DNA of 64,000 nt from SAR202 cluster bacterium bin22 (GCA_002238505.1 MPMM01000008.1:34589-98588), one strand, 5' to 3'. Positions 33,944 to 43,617 are shown, counted from the stretch's first letter. The notes: generated from the letters alone by a model not told the origin. Numbers and translations: made by a program.

Positions 33944-35347
33944 TTGGTGGAATCCAGTTTCCCCTGGACACAGGCCCAGAACCCTGACTACCTGCCACAA
34001 TTAGCTCAGGAGTTTCTTAATAGAATCTTGCAAGCGCAGCCACAACTTTCTACCTGGATTCAAGATGTCAAATGGCTGGAACAGGAGCCCGGTGTTAGTG
34101 AGCTGATCGCCTTGTTAGTACTCCAATTGATTGCTGAGAGGTACGGTGTCTATGATGGCTCTTTGCCCCACGCAGTAGGGGAGGCGCAATGGCTCTTGGA
34201 TGGCATAAGCGAAGATGAAGCCACGTATCTCTTCAACGTGGCTATCCTGATTAGTGAGTCGAGTGCTGCGGTTCCCGGAATCTCCGACTCGTCGGGTCTT
34301 CTTCAGGCAATTGAGCAACCGGACAGCTACTTGGCCTCGGCCCTCAATAAATACCCTCCGGCTGAAGTGGAGAGAAATCAGCAAATTGCTTCGAGATTCC
34401 CGTGGGCGCAGGCCGAGGGGCTCGATTATGTTGGACTTTTCTCCCTGCAGTTCCTTGAAGGTATCCAGAGGAAGTATCCCATGATCCTCGACCTGATACA
34501 GGATGTTCCGTGGTTGAAGCAAAGTCCGAACTACTTGGAGACAATGATGTTAGGGGCGCTAGAGGATACCCTTACTGTTTACAAGGGAGACGATGCAGCC
34601 TTGTTGCAAGCCGTTGGGAATGCCAATTGGCTTCTGGACGGCATAACCGATTCAGAGGCTACTTTCCTCACCAACTTGACTTACGGAAAACCCGACTCGG
34701 CGGCCATTCTGCAGGCGTTTGAAAGCCCACCCGCCGGCCTGGTTTCGGTCTCAGCACCGTCGGCGACAACGGAACTGGCATGGGCCGAGGACGGGCTTAC
34801 TGCCATAGAGGAGGAGGCCCTGTCTTATCTGCAGGAAACTCAGCGCAGGCATCCATCCGTAGCGGCCGCGATAATGGACGCCCCCTGGCTTGCCAACGGC
34901 ATCGATGAATACGACCGCTTCATGCTTTGCACCCTTGCGACCATCAACGAAACCGCAACTGCGCAAGCTGTCATAGACAGCATGATTCGAAAGGGCGCAG
35001 CGAATATCTCTCCAGGAGTAAAGGACTCCTTGCCTCCATGCTCAGCTTCGCCAATTCGAGATAGTTCGGGCGAAATCGACTGGATACAAGACGGTTTGAC
35101 GGAAATTGAGGAAGAGGCATTGAGTTATCTGCAGGAAACTCAGCGCAGGCATCCATCCGTAGCGACCGAGATAATGGATGCCCCCTGGCTTGCCAACGGT
35201 ATCGATGAATACGACCGCTTCATGCTTTGCACCCTTGCGACCATCCACGAAACCGCAGCTGCGCAATCTGTTATAAACAGCATGATTCCCAGGGGATCAT
35301 CGATTATCCCGCCAAATGTAAAGGATTTCTTGCCTCCCTGTCCTTAG
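33944..35347 (+). CDS. repeat-domain protein (probable 3' part of the same lipoprotein gene)
   Basis: This frame is already open and linker-like ('GTPAATPAPPLTPTEISDL') from ~33890. It contains four related ~100-aa modules ('FPW.QA......L..LQ.....P.......D.PWL'); the last two are near-identical. Confidence 0.6.
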   Translation: MVESSFPWTQAQNPDYLPQLAQEFLNRILQAQPQLSTWIQDVKWLEQEPGVSELIALLVLQLIAERYGVYDGSLPHAVGEAQWLLDGISEDEATYLFNVAILISESSAAVPGISDSSGLLQAIEQPDSYLASALNKYPPAEVERNQQIASRFPWAQAEGLDYVGLFSLQFLEGIQRKYPMILDLIQDVPWLKQSPNYLETMMLGALEDTLTVYKGDDAALLQAVGNANWLLDGITDSEATFLTNLTYGKPDSAAILQAFESPPAGLVSVSAPSATTELAWAEDGLTAIEEEALSYLQETQRRHPSVAAAIMDAPWLANGIDEYDRFMLCTLATINETATAQAVIDSMIRKGAANISPGVKDSLPPCSASPIRDSSGEIDWIQDGLTEIEEEALSYLQETQRRHPSVATEIMDAPWLANGIDEYDRFMLCTLATIHETAAAQSVINSMIPRGSSIIPPNVKDFLPPCP

Positions 35348-35667
35348 TTGCCCTGCATCACTCTCGCCAGCTGAGTCTGGTCCCAGGACCGGTTGGCTGC
35401 AACCGGGCAGCAGACAATGAGCTTCCCGCAAGTCTTGCAGCGACGGATGTCCAGGTGGCCAGCGAGGTATTGAAGGCGCCGCTTGCCCCTGGCCAGCGAT
35501 TTTCCGGGTACAAATCGGCCGGATTTCACGACAGCCCTCCGGCCGGGTTCGTACCCTCCCAGGTCCTCCGGCATGGGGAAATCCCCGGTGCGTACAATGC
35601 CAGGGTAACCCGGAAACCCCCGCCAAACCCGGCGACGGCGGCAATCCAACTCAAGGCCCGGTGACAT
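35344..35667 (-). CDS. hypothetical Cys-containing small protein
   Basis: Best frame in this gap. C-terminal 'RRCKTCGKLIVCCPV'. No family recognised. The start was chosen at MSPGLE; the track ORF extends to 35787 through an AT-rich promoter region. Confidence 0.3.
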   Translation of the reverse strand: MSPGLELDCRRRRVWRGFPGYPGIVRTGDFPMPEDLGGYEPGRRAVVKSGRFVPGKSLARGKRRLQYLAGHLDIRRCKTCGKLIVCCPVAANRSWDQTQLARVMQGN

Positions 35668-35853
35668 CAACAATGAACATTTCCTTTTCGGCAGGACTTG
35701 CCATGTTTTGTTACGCTTTTCGTAAAACGCCTGTTTCTGAAGCGCTATCAATCCTTCATAAATTGCAATAGTTGACAATTGGAACAAGAACTATTATCGT
35801 TCACTGCACCAATGTAAACTTTTTGCCTGTCAAGCAGAAATAGGAGGAGAACT

Positions 35854-37131
35854 ATGCTAAAGATTGGGCACGAGGTTGTCCGCCCGGGAAGGAACATGGG
35901 CGAAGCCGAAGTAACCATTCCGGTCCCCGAGGAATTGGAAACAGTTCCTGGTATTCCTATGACTTCGCGTGAAGTTGACTGGTACGCCCGCGAGTATCCG
36001 CTGGAATCCATCAACATCACCGAGCGCGCTTCCCGCGACTGGGCCAACACCCTTCGCGACCAGCACGCCGAAATGCGCGAAATCCGGAAGGAGCACGAAA
36101 AGCTCAACCGGCCCCTGATCATGGCCTGCCGCATGACCGGCGACCTGGAGCCTACCGCCGAGCCCACCGGCGAGGACGTCAGCGAGCTGATCAAGTCCAA
36201 GGCCCGCGAGTTGGGCTTCGTCGAAGTCGGCATCACCGCCTTCGACCACCGCTATACCTTCCAGAGCAAGAAGGGCAGCACCACTTACTACCCGCACTTC
36301 GTCGCCCTCGCTTACGAGCAGGACTTCGAACCCACCCAGACCATCCCCAGCGTTGACGCCGAGATCGTGCACTCCAGCACCTATCGGACTGAAGGCGCCG
36401 CGGCTCTGGAACTGGGCAACTTCGTCCGCGGCCTGGGCTACCACGCGCAGGTAATGGGCTCCGGCGACTCCGCCGGCCCGTACATTCCCATGCACGTGGC
36501 CGCCGGTACCGGCCAGCTGGGCGCTTGCGGCTACCTGCTGACCCCCCACGTCGGCTCTCGCTGCCGCCTCGTCGGTCTGACCACCGACGCCAATGTCACT
36601 CATGACTCCCCAGTGGACTATGGCATCCACGCTTTCTGCCAGGTGTGCCAGGTCTGCGTGAACCGCTGCCCCGGCCGCGCCCTCATGCGCGACAAGATCT
36701 GGTGGCGGGGAATTGAGAAGAACAAGCTCTACTTCAAGCGCTGCCGCCCCGTCATGGCCCGCTACCTGGGCTGCGGCATCTGCATGAAGGTCTGCCCCAT
36801 CCAGAAGTATGGCCTGAAGAACGTCATGGACCACTATGCCGAGACCGGTCAGGTACTGGGCAAGGGCACCCACGACCTGGAAGGCTACACCCTGGAAGGC
36901 AAGGGCTACTTCGGCCCCGGCGAAATGCCCGTCTTCGACGCCGCTTTCTTCGACATGCCTCACGGCGGTACTGACGAGCACGCTTTTGAGCTCTTCAAGC
37001 AGAAGGCCACGGCTGCCGGTGGCGAAGTCACCGAGGACATGATGGATGAACTGAAGGACGGTCTGGTCAAGGCCCTCTTCCAGGCCACCGACAACCTCGG
37101 CATGATGGACGAGGACGCCGACTACATCTAG
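35854..37131 (+). CDS. 4Fe-4S di-cluster protein, reductive-dehalogenase/QueG-like, cytoplasmic
   Basis: 'CQVCQVCVNRCP' (CxxCxxCxxxCP) and 'CGICMKVCP' near the C-terminus. 'KSKARELGFVEVGITAF' is like the RdhA/QueG N-terminal region. No TAT signal. AGGAGGAG RBS. Confidence 0.55.
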   Translation: MLKIGHEVVRPGRNMGEAEVTIPVPEELETVPGIPMTSREVDWYAREYPLESINITERASRDWANTLRDQHAEMREIRKEHEKLNRPLIMACRMTGDLEPTAEPTGEDVSELIKSKARELGFVEVGITAFDHRYTFQSKKGSTTYYPHFVALAYEQDFEPTQTIPSVDAEIVHSSTYRTEGAAALELGNFVRGLGYHAQVMGSGDSAGPYIPMHVAAGTGQLGACGYLLTPHVGSRCRLVGLTTDANVTHDSPVDYGIHAFCQVCQVCVNRCPGRALMRDKIWWRGIEKNKLYFKRCRPVMARYLGCGICMKVCPIQKYGLKNVMDHYAETGQVLGKGTHDLEGYTLEGKGYFGPGEMPVFDAAFFDMPHGGTDEHAFELFKQKATAAGGEVTEDMMDELKDGLVKALFQATDNLGMMDEDADYI

Positions 37132-37168
37132 TCACTGTCCCCTGTCCGTCCCGGACCAGACCAGAAGA

Positions 37169-37200
37169 GGCCAGCATCCCTGCGATGCTGGCCTTTACTT
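37169..37200 (+). terminator. intrinsic terminator
   Basis: ggccagcatc-cctgc-gatgctggcc followed by tttactt. Confidence 0.7.
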
Positions 37201-37441
37201 ATGCCTCCCTGGTTCGCCGCCCCTGCCCTCCCGGTCCGCCGCCCGGGTTCTGCCAGTCCCCGTTAACTGCCCAATGGGATCTGTCCCCGGGGTAGCGTTT
37301 CGCATTAGGCAATGCACAATGCCAGGTCGGGGTGATGTCTCGTGGAAATCCCTTGTCCACCGGCATCCAGCGGGGCGTCGGCTGACTGTTGAAGCAGCTT
37401 GTAAACCAAAGCCACCGTGGAAACTACGTCGAGGGTACCTG

Positions 37442-37603
37442 GTACTGGAGTGGCATTAGTTCAGATTTCTCCTGAACCGCAGGGGCGGGCTGCCGTGCGC
37501 TCCCACCCGGGCGCCATATCAAATTCGCCTTAAGCGTCACGCCCTCATAGATGGCATACCATAGTCGATAGAAGGGTAATGCACATCCCACCCTGGCTTT
37601 GGT
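37442..37603 (-). repeat. ~165-bp dispersed repeat, family E (inverted copy)
   Basis: Reverse complement aligns with 27536-27698. It ends exactly at the TAA stop (37604-37606) of the neighbouring lipoprotein gene. Confidence 0.8.
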
Positions 37604-38365
37604 TTAGTTGAACCCTCGGGCCTCGGAACGGTAGCCGTAGAAGTTGTCCCCGTCTCCGTCATTCTCCACGAAGACGTAGATGGGCGAGTCGTCGCCCTGG
37701 CTCCACCTGGCTGTACCCGCGCATTCCACCCTGGAGGGGCTGCTGACAAAGACCCGAAGGTTGTAAACCTTCAGGATCGCCGCGTCCTGCTGCCGGCTCA
37801 ACTCCTGGCTCAGTTCCGCAACCGCGCTGCAGTTGGTGGAGCCCAGAATGTGTGTCCGCAGAATCTGGTCTGCCCTTCCCGAGGTGTCCAGTTCGGCGAA
37901 AGAGCCAAGCGGGGCCCGCTGCACGGCTGAAGGGTCAACCGGAGCGGAGGTCGGTACTTCCTGCCGCTGTATAACCAGCGTCGGCGCCGACGGAGTGGGA
38001 TAAGGGGTATAGGTTGGCTGCGGCGTGGGCGTTGCTGCCGCTGTGGGCGCGGGGTAGGGAGTATAGGTCGGATAGGGCGTCGCCGTGGGATAGGGCGAGG
38101 CCGTGGGCAGCGGTGTACCCGTCGGGTATGGAGTGGAGGTGGGATAAGCCGTGGCCGTAGGGTAGGGCGTATTGGTGGGCCAGGCCGTCGCCGTGGGGAC
38201 CGCCGCCAGTTGATTGACTACTTCGGCCTGTACGGTGGCCTGAACGTTCGGGACAGTAGCCGTCGGCTGCGGTTCGGAAGTGCACGCTATCGCCACCGCC
38301 GCCAGACTCAGGGGAACTGCCAACCGCAAAGCCCTAGCCAGTACCTTAAAGTTAACTGTCATCAT
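37604..38365 (-). CDS. lipoprotein with Pro/Thr/Tyr-rich linker
   Basis: Lipobox 'AVAIAC'. Linker 'TPYPTATAYPTSTPYPTGTPLPTASPYPTATPYPTYTPYP'. Globular C-terminal ~110 aa of unknown family. Confidence 0.65.
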   Translation of the reverse strand: MMTVNFKVLARALRLAVPLSLAAVAIACTSEPQPTATVPNVQATVQAEVVNQLAAVPTATAWPTNTPYPTATAYPTSTPYPTGTPLPTASPYPTATPYPTYTPYPAPTAAATPTPQPTYTPYPTPSAPTLVIQRQEVPTSAPVDPSAVQRAPLGSFAELDTSGRADQILRTHILGSTNCSAVAELSQELSRQQDAAILKVYNLRVFVSSPSRVECAGTARWSQGDDSPIYVFVENDGDGDNFYGYRSEARGFN

Positions 38366-38652
38366 CTAAAAGTGTCCTCAATCGGTTGCATATTAGCAAG
38401 AGACTATAGCAGACCCGCCCGCTTCTTACCTTGCCCACGGGCGTTGCCTTTTAGGCAGTTTGGGGACTTGGCCTTATCCCGAATTGCCGGGATTCTCCAA
38501 TTCGAGGTCCGGCAATAACGCAATTCCTGTAAGAGAGAGAGCATTGCTATACAGTTTGACAATACATCACAAATATAATACTATAAGACTGTAACAGTAT
38601 CACAGTGTTATAGTAATATCAGATGAAACCTGACTAATCAAGGAGGTTAACC

Positions 38653-39090
38653 ATGCCGACTGTAAGGATCGACGACGAAGTTTACGAGTGGCTTCAGTCC
38701 TTGGCAGTACCATTTCAAGATACCCCAAACTCAGTGCTGCGACGAGTGGCGGGGCTAGAGGACGCGTCCACATCCCAAACGGAAATTCAAACAAATTCGA
38801 CGATGAGCGAAAGCGAAAATGAAGGAGAAAAAATGGCTTCAACTAGAACATCGGGAAGAGAACTAAGTAGAACTTTCGGAATTAGCGGTAAGCAGAGCTT
38901 GTACAGCGACACCGGAACCTTTTACGAAAATCTGACAAGGTTCCCTGGCATTCTTTGGGATAGACACGGCTATGTTAGGTTCCTAGCTGAAGATGACTAT
39001 TTGAGATCACCCTACCTACAAATTGGCAAGAAGCTAAATGTTCCCAACGGAGGAATTTCCTCTATCCCTGGGTACACTTGGGCCAGGTAG
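38653..39090 (+). CDS. orphan protein with SeqA-N/RHH-like N-terminus, in a low-GC patch
   Basis: 'MPTVRIDDEVYEWLQSLAVPFQDTPNSVLRRVAGL' parallels the SeqA N-terminal segment 'MKTIEVDDELYSYIAS....GESASDILRRML'. The C-terminal 'GILWDRHGYVRFLAEDDYLRSPYLQIGKKLNVPNGGISSIPGY' is unassigned. AAGGAGG RBS. Confidence 0.5.
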   Translation: MPTVRIDDEVYEWLQSLAVPFQDTPNSVLRRVAGLEDASTSQTEIQTNSTMSESENEGEKMASTRTSGRELSRTFGISGKQSLYSDTGTFYENLTRFPGILWDRHGYVRFLAEDDYLRSPYLQIGKKLNVPNGGISSIPGYTWAR

Positions 39091-39234
39091 TTAAGAGTAA
39101 TCAACAGCATCTCATATAAAGCGTTATTGGGCAGCCCCATGAAGATTGGAAGCTAGATTGCCCATCCTTGACCCACGCCCTTGCTGCGGGTAGGATTGTG
39201 CTGACAATCAGGCAAGCTTGGAGGCCACGCAAAC

Positions 39235-40014
39235 ATGCCCAATTACACCGAAGAATTTGTCGAGGTTGGAGGCTCAAAAGTACAGTTGCGCAAGGGAGGC
39301 TCCGGCGATCCCCTGCTGGTGCTGCACGGGGCCGGCGGCAGCGGCGGCTGGCTGCGCTACCTCGATGCCCTGGCAGAACGGTTCACCGTTTATCTGCCCT
39401 CCCATCCCGGGTACGACGAATCCGAGCGGCCCGAGTGGATGGAAAACATGCACGATATGGCCTGCTTTTACAACTGGTTCATTGAGAGCCAGGGCATCCA
39501 GGGCTGCCGGGCCATGGGATTCTCCATGGGTGGCTGGCTGGCCTCGGAATTGGTGGCAGCCGCCGGACCCGTCTTCAGCAAGCTTATGCTGGTGGCTCCG
39601 GTGGGCATCAAGCCCAATGAGGGGGAGATTGCCGACGTCTTCATCATCACCCCGGCCCAGGTTATCGAATTGCTGTTCCACGACCCTTCCCAGGCTCCCG
39701 AGTACGATCAGGTTTTCGGCCAGACGCCCACCCCTGAGCAGATGGCCGTACTGGAGCGCAATCGGGAAATGTCGGTCCGCATCTGCTGGAAGCCCTACAT
39801 GCACAGCCTGAGCCTGGCCGACCGTCTGGCCCGCGTCAACATCCCCACCCGCATCCTTTGGGGACGGGACGACCGGCTGGCTCCCGTCGAGTGCGGCAGC
39901 CTGTACCAGCAGGCCATCCCCGGGTCCGACCTGGTAGTTATTGACAACTGCGGCCACCTGCCCCAGATGGAAAAGACCGACGAGTTCCTGCAGGCGGCCA
40001 ATTCGTTCCTGTAA
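39235..40014 (+). CDS. alpha/beta hydrolase
   Basis: 'LLVLHGAGGSGG', nucleophile elbow 'GFSMGGW', C-terminal 'DNCGHLPQME'. Confidence 0.85.
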   Translation: MPNYTEEFVEVGGSKVQLRKGGSGDPLLVLHGAGGSGGWLRYLDALAERFTVYLPSHPGYDESERPEWMENMHDMACFYNWFIESQGIQGCRAMGFSMGGWLASELVAAAGPVFSKLMLVAPVGIKPNEGEIADVFIITPAQVIELLFHDPSQAPEYDQVFGQTPTPEQMAVLERNREMSVRICWKPYMHSLSLADRLARVNIPTRILWGRDDRLAPVECGSLYQQAIPGSDLVVIDNCGHLPQMEKTDEFLQAANSFL

Positions 40015-40030
40015 GTCCGATCTTTATTCA

Positions 40031-40126
40031 CATGGATGGGCAGGATGAACAGGATATTTATTCTTCAGGGCGGGAGATTTCTGCCCTCAATCCAACACAA
40101 TCCTGTACATCCTGTACATCCATGTT
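40031..40126. repeat. imperfect palindromic element, family F (second copy)
   Basis: Left arm 'catggatgggcaggatgaacaggat', right arm 'atcctgtacatcctgtacatccatg'. It ends 19 nt before the Ldh_2 start. Confidence 0.7.
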
Positions 40127-40144
40127 TTGCAGAGGAGGAGAGCT

Positions 40145-41221
40145 TTGCTGCCACGATTCCGAGTTAACCTGGAAGATGCCATCAACGTATCCGGCGACGA
40201 CCTGAAGGCCACCGTCGCCGCGATTTTTGAAAAGGTGGGCGTGCCCGCCGCAGACGCCGAACTGGGCGCCGACGTGCTGGTGCTGGCCGACCTGAGGGGT
40301 GTGGACAGCCACGGTGTCTCCAACATGCTCCGCAGTTACCTGGGCGGTTACCAGCGGGGCGAAATCAATCCGCAACCCAACATCAGCATAGTCCGCGAAA
40401 CCGCCGCCACCGCCAGCATAGACTCGGACCGGGGATTGGGCACCATCGTAACCCCCAAGGCCATGGACATCGCCATCCAGAAGGCCAAGGAGGTTGGCGT
40501 TGGCATGGTGACCATCGGCAACTCCCGCCACCTGGGAATGGCCTCTTACCACGCCATGCGGGCTGTCGAACACGACATGATTGGCGTCTGTATGACCAGC
40601 GCCCCGCCGCGCATGGTTCCTACTTTCGGCGCGGAACCCCGCCTTGGCACCAATCCCATTGCCGTAGCAGTACCGGCCCGCAACGAGGCCCCCTTCGTAT
40701 TTGACGCCGCCACCAGTTCCGTGGCCCAGAACAAGATCGAAATCGCCCGCCGCCTGGGCGCCGACCTGGAGCCCGGCTGGCTGGCCTCCGAGGATGGCAC
40801 CCCCATCATGGAGGAAGTGCCCGTACCTGAGAACTACCACCTGCTCCCCGTGGGCGCCACCCGGGAACTGGGCTCGCACAAGGGCTACGGTCTCGCCTGC
40901 GTGGTGGACATCCTGGCCGGCGTGCTGACGGGCTTTGGCTACGGCGCCGTTCCCGGACGCCCCAACTTCGGCCACTACGTCGCTGCCTACAACGTCGCCG
41001 GATTCGACGACCCCGACCACTTTAAGGACGAAATGGACGGCTGGCTCCAGATGATGAAAAGCACCAAGCCCGCCCCGGGCCACGACCGCGTCCTGGTGGC
41101 CGGCCAGCCCGAGGCCGAAATGGAAGCCGTCCGCCGCAAGGAAGGAATTCCCCTGCACCCCGAAGTGGTCCAATGGGTACGGGACACCTGCGCGGAACTG
41201 TCGGTCCGCTGCGTGTTTTAG
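40145..41221 (+). CDS. Ldh_2 family oxidoreductase (malate/L-lactate/ureidoglycolate dehydrogenase type 2)
   Basis: 'LVLADLRGVDSHGVSNMLRSYLGGYQRGEINPQPNI' and 'GSHKGYGLA'. The TTG at 40145 after GAGGAGGA is preferred over the track start at 40127. Confidence 0.85.
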   Translation: MLPRFRVNLEDAINVSGDDLKATVAAIFEKVGVPAADAELGADVLVLADLRGVDSHGVSNMLRSYLGGYQRGEINPQPNISIVRETAATASIDSDRGLGTIVTPKAMDIAIQKAKEVGVGMVTIGNSRHLGMASYHAMRAVEHDMIGVCMTSAPPRMVPTFGAEPRLGTNPIAVAVPARNEAPFVFDAATSSVAQNKIEIARRLGADLEPGWLASEDGTPIMEEVPVPENYHLLPVGATRELGSHKGYGLACVVDILAGVLTGFGYGAVPGRPNFGHYVAAYNVAGFDDPDHFKDEMDGWLQMMKSTKPAPGHDRVLVAGQPEAEMEAVRRKEGIPLHPEVVQWVRDTCAELSVRCVF

Positions 41222-41294
41222 GGGATCGGGACAGGTCGGAAACCTGTTGACATCGGATTATCCGGACTTGGTAGAGAGAAGGACTCACACAACC

Positions 41295-42275
41295 ATGAAA
41301 GCAGTCTGGTTTGAACAAAACGGCCCGGCGGAAGTAATGCAGGTGGGCGAGATGCCCGAACCCGAACCGGGCCCCGGCGAGGTCCGCATCAAGGTGATCT
41401 CCTCCGGCGTAAACCCGTCGGACTGGAAGAGGCGCCTGGGTACGACCTCCCCCATGGCTTTCCCCCGGGTTATTCCCCACCAGGACGGCGCGGGAGTTAT
41501 TGACCGGGTGGGGCAAGGAGTCCCGGATTCCCGCATTGGCGAAAGGGTCTGGCTTTTCGAGTCCCAGTTTGGGCGTCCCTTTGGCTCGGCGGCGGAATAC
41601 ACGGTACAGCCAGCGGGCCACGCCGTGCAGATGCCCGACTCCATCACTTTCGAGCAGGGCGCCTGCCTGGGCGTACCCGCCATGACCGCCCACCGCTGCC
41701 TGTTCGCCGACGGCCCACTGGATGGCAAGGTGGTCCTGGTGCCCGGTGGCGCCGGCGCTGTAGGCCACTACGCGGTCCAGGAGGCCAAACTGGCCGGGGC
41801 CACCGTCATCAGCACCGTCAGTTCCGACCACAAGGCCGCCATTGCCACCGCCGCTGGCGCCGACCACATCATCAACTATCGGTCCGAAGACGTGGTCGCC
41901 CGCATTATGGACATTACCGGCGGCGAGGGAGTTGACCACATCGCCGAGGTGGACTTCGCCGGCAACTTCCCGGTGACCAGCCAGGTTTTGAAGACTAACG
42001 GCGTGGTAGCCATCTACTCGTGGGGAACCATCCAGCAGCCCCCGGTTCCGCTCCAGTTCCGCAACAGCAACACCCTGGTGCGCAACGTGCTGGTGTACGA
42101 AATGCCCGAGCCGGCCAAGGAAGCCGCCATTGCCGACATTACCGCCTGGCTGGAGTCCGGCGCCCTTTCCCACCAGGTCGGCCCCCACTTCCCGCTGGAG
42201 GAGACGGTGGCCGCCCACCTGGCCGTGGAAGGCGGCGCTGTCGGCAACGTGATCGTTGACGTGGGGGAAGAGTAG
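41295..42275 (+). CDS. NADPH:quinone reductase-like MDR-family oxidoreductase
   Basis: 'MKAVWFEQNGPAEVMQVGEMPEPEPGPGEVRIKVISSGVNPSD' and 'VLVPGGAGAVGHYAVQ'. Confidence 0.85.
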   Translation: MKAVWFEQNGPAEVMQVGEMPEPEPGPGEVRIKVISSGVNPSDWKRRLGTTSPMAFPRVIPHQDGAGVIDRVGQGVPDSRIGERVWLFESQFGRPFGSAAEYTVQPAGHAVQMPDSITFEQGACLGVPAMTAHRCLFADGPLDGKVVLVPGGAGAVGHYAVQEAKLAGATVISTVSSDHKAAIATAAGADHIINYRSEDVVARIMDITGGEGVDHIAEVDFAGNFPVTSQVLKTNGVVAIYSWGTIQQPPVPLQFRNSNTLVRNVLVYEMPEPAKEAAIADITAWLESGALSHQVGPHFPLEETVAAHLAVEGGAVGNVIVDVGEE

Positions 42276-42393
42276 CCCACTCAGCGCAAGGCCGGGATCA
42301 GATTCTCGCAGCTTGTGATGCCGGGGTTGTACCGCTCAGGTCTGAATACCCCGGCTGTTTTCTATCTGGCCGATTTCTATTTGGAGGGAAGCC

Positions 42394-43539
42394 GTGAAAG
42401 GAAGCGAAACCCGTATCCTGACCACCCACACCGGAAGTCTGCCCCGCCCGGAAAGTCTGGTGGACATGCTGGCAGAGGTGGCCCAGGGCGCGCCTGTTGA
42501 CGAGGTCGCCCTGGAGTCCGCCGCCAGCGAGGCCACCAGGAAGGTGGTCGCTTCCCAGTTGGCGGCCGGGGTGGATGTAATTAACAACGGTGAGCAGTCC
42601 CGCGTCAGCTTCTCCACCTACGTCGTCCAGCGCATGTCCGGGTTCGGAGGGACCTGGCAACGGCGGGGCCACCGCGACCAGAACGAATACCCCGGTGTGG
42701 TTCGCCCCCGCCGCATCCAGCTGACCCGCGACGTCCCCGCCTGTGTGGGTCCGGTATCCTACCAGCGGCTGGACCTGGTGGAAAGCGAATGCCGCCAGTT
42801 TCTCGACGCTGTCAGCGCTGCCGGTGAAAAGCCCGAGGACATGTTTATGACCGCCGCATCCCCGGGCATCGTCGCCCTGACCCTTGGCAACCAGTTCTAC
42901 GACAGCCACGAAGAGTACGTCTTTGCCCTGGCCGAGGAACTGCGCAAGGAATACGAGATTATCGTAGCCAGCGGCCTTACGCTGCAGCTGGACTGTCCCG
43001 ATCTGGCCATGGAACGCCACATTTCCTACCAGGACGAACCCCTTTCGGCCTTCCAGGAGGTCGTAGCCCTGCACATACGGGCCATCAACCACGCCCTGGC
43101 CAGCATCCCCCGGGAGCGGGTGCGGCTGCACGTTTGCTGGGGAAACAGCGAGGGCCCCCACATCTACGACGTACCCCTGGAAGACATTCTGGACATTCTG
43201 TACGAGGCAAATGTGGGCGCCCTCGTCATGGAAATGGCCAACCCCCGCCACGGCCACGAGCACCGCGTGTACCGCGACCGTCCTCTGCCCGAGGGCATGC
43301 TGCTGGTTTCGGGCGTCATCGACACCAAGACCAACTATGTGGAGCACCCCAGGCTGGTGGCGGATCGCCTGATCCAGGCTGCGGCGGCCGTGGACGGCGA
43401 CCCTACCCGCCTGCTGGCCGGCACCGACTGCGGCTTTGACACCTCCGCCGGCTCCAACCGAGTGGTCCCCGACGTGGTCTGGCTGAAACTCCGGGCCATG
43501 CGGGAAGGCGCCGAAATTGCCACCCGCGAACTTTACTAG
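42394..43539 (+). CDS. cobalamin-independent methionine synthase II (MetE C-terminal-like) family protein
   Basis: 'ILTTHTGSLPRPESL' N-terminus, and 'HVCWGN', 'GTDCGF' Zn-site-like motifs. Confidence 0.8.
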   Translation: MKGSETRILTTHTGSLPRPESLVDMLAEVAQGAPVDEVALESAASEATRKVVASQLAAGVDVINNGEQSRVSFSTYVVQRMSGFGGTWQRRGHRDQNEYPGVVRPRRIQLTRDVPACVGPVSYQRLDLVESECRQFLDAVSAAGEKPEDMFMTAASPGIVALTLGNQFYDSHEEYVFALAEELRKEYEIIVASGLTLQLDCPDLAMERHISYQDEPLSAFQEVVALHIRAINHALASIPRERVRLHVCWGNSEGPHIYDVPLEDILDILYEANVGALVMEMANPRHGHEHRVYRDRPLPEGMLLVSGVIDTKTNYVEHPRLVADRLIQAAAAVDGDPTRLLAGTDCGFDTSAGSNRVVPDVVWLKLRAMREGAEIATRELY

Positions 43540-43617
43540 CGAAGGCAGAAGCAGCGATTCTCCGGCGAAAGGGTTCTTGCGCCTAATGCCGCCCGCCGGC
43601 CACCCCCGGACCGTGTC

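Noticed and set aside
33921-33946. Selenocysteine read-through of the TGA ending ORF 33537-33923, given selB in the window.
   Set aside because: The downstream ORF is in a different frame. Reading through the TGA in frame gives nonsense and hits TAG after ~30 codons. A frameshift explains the split better.
34780-35347. Diversity-generating retroelement (template/variable repeat pair).
   Set aside because: There is no reverse transcriptase nearby. Mismatches between the two 300-bp units involve all bases, not adenine-specific positions.
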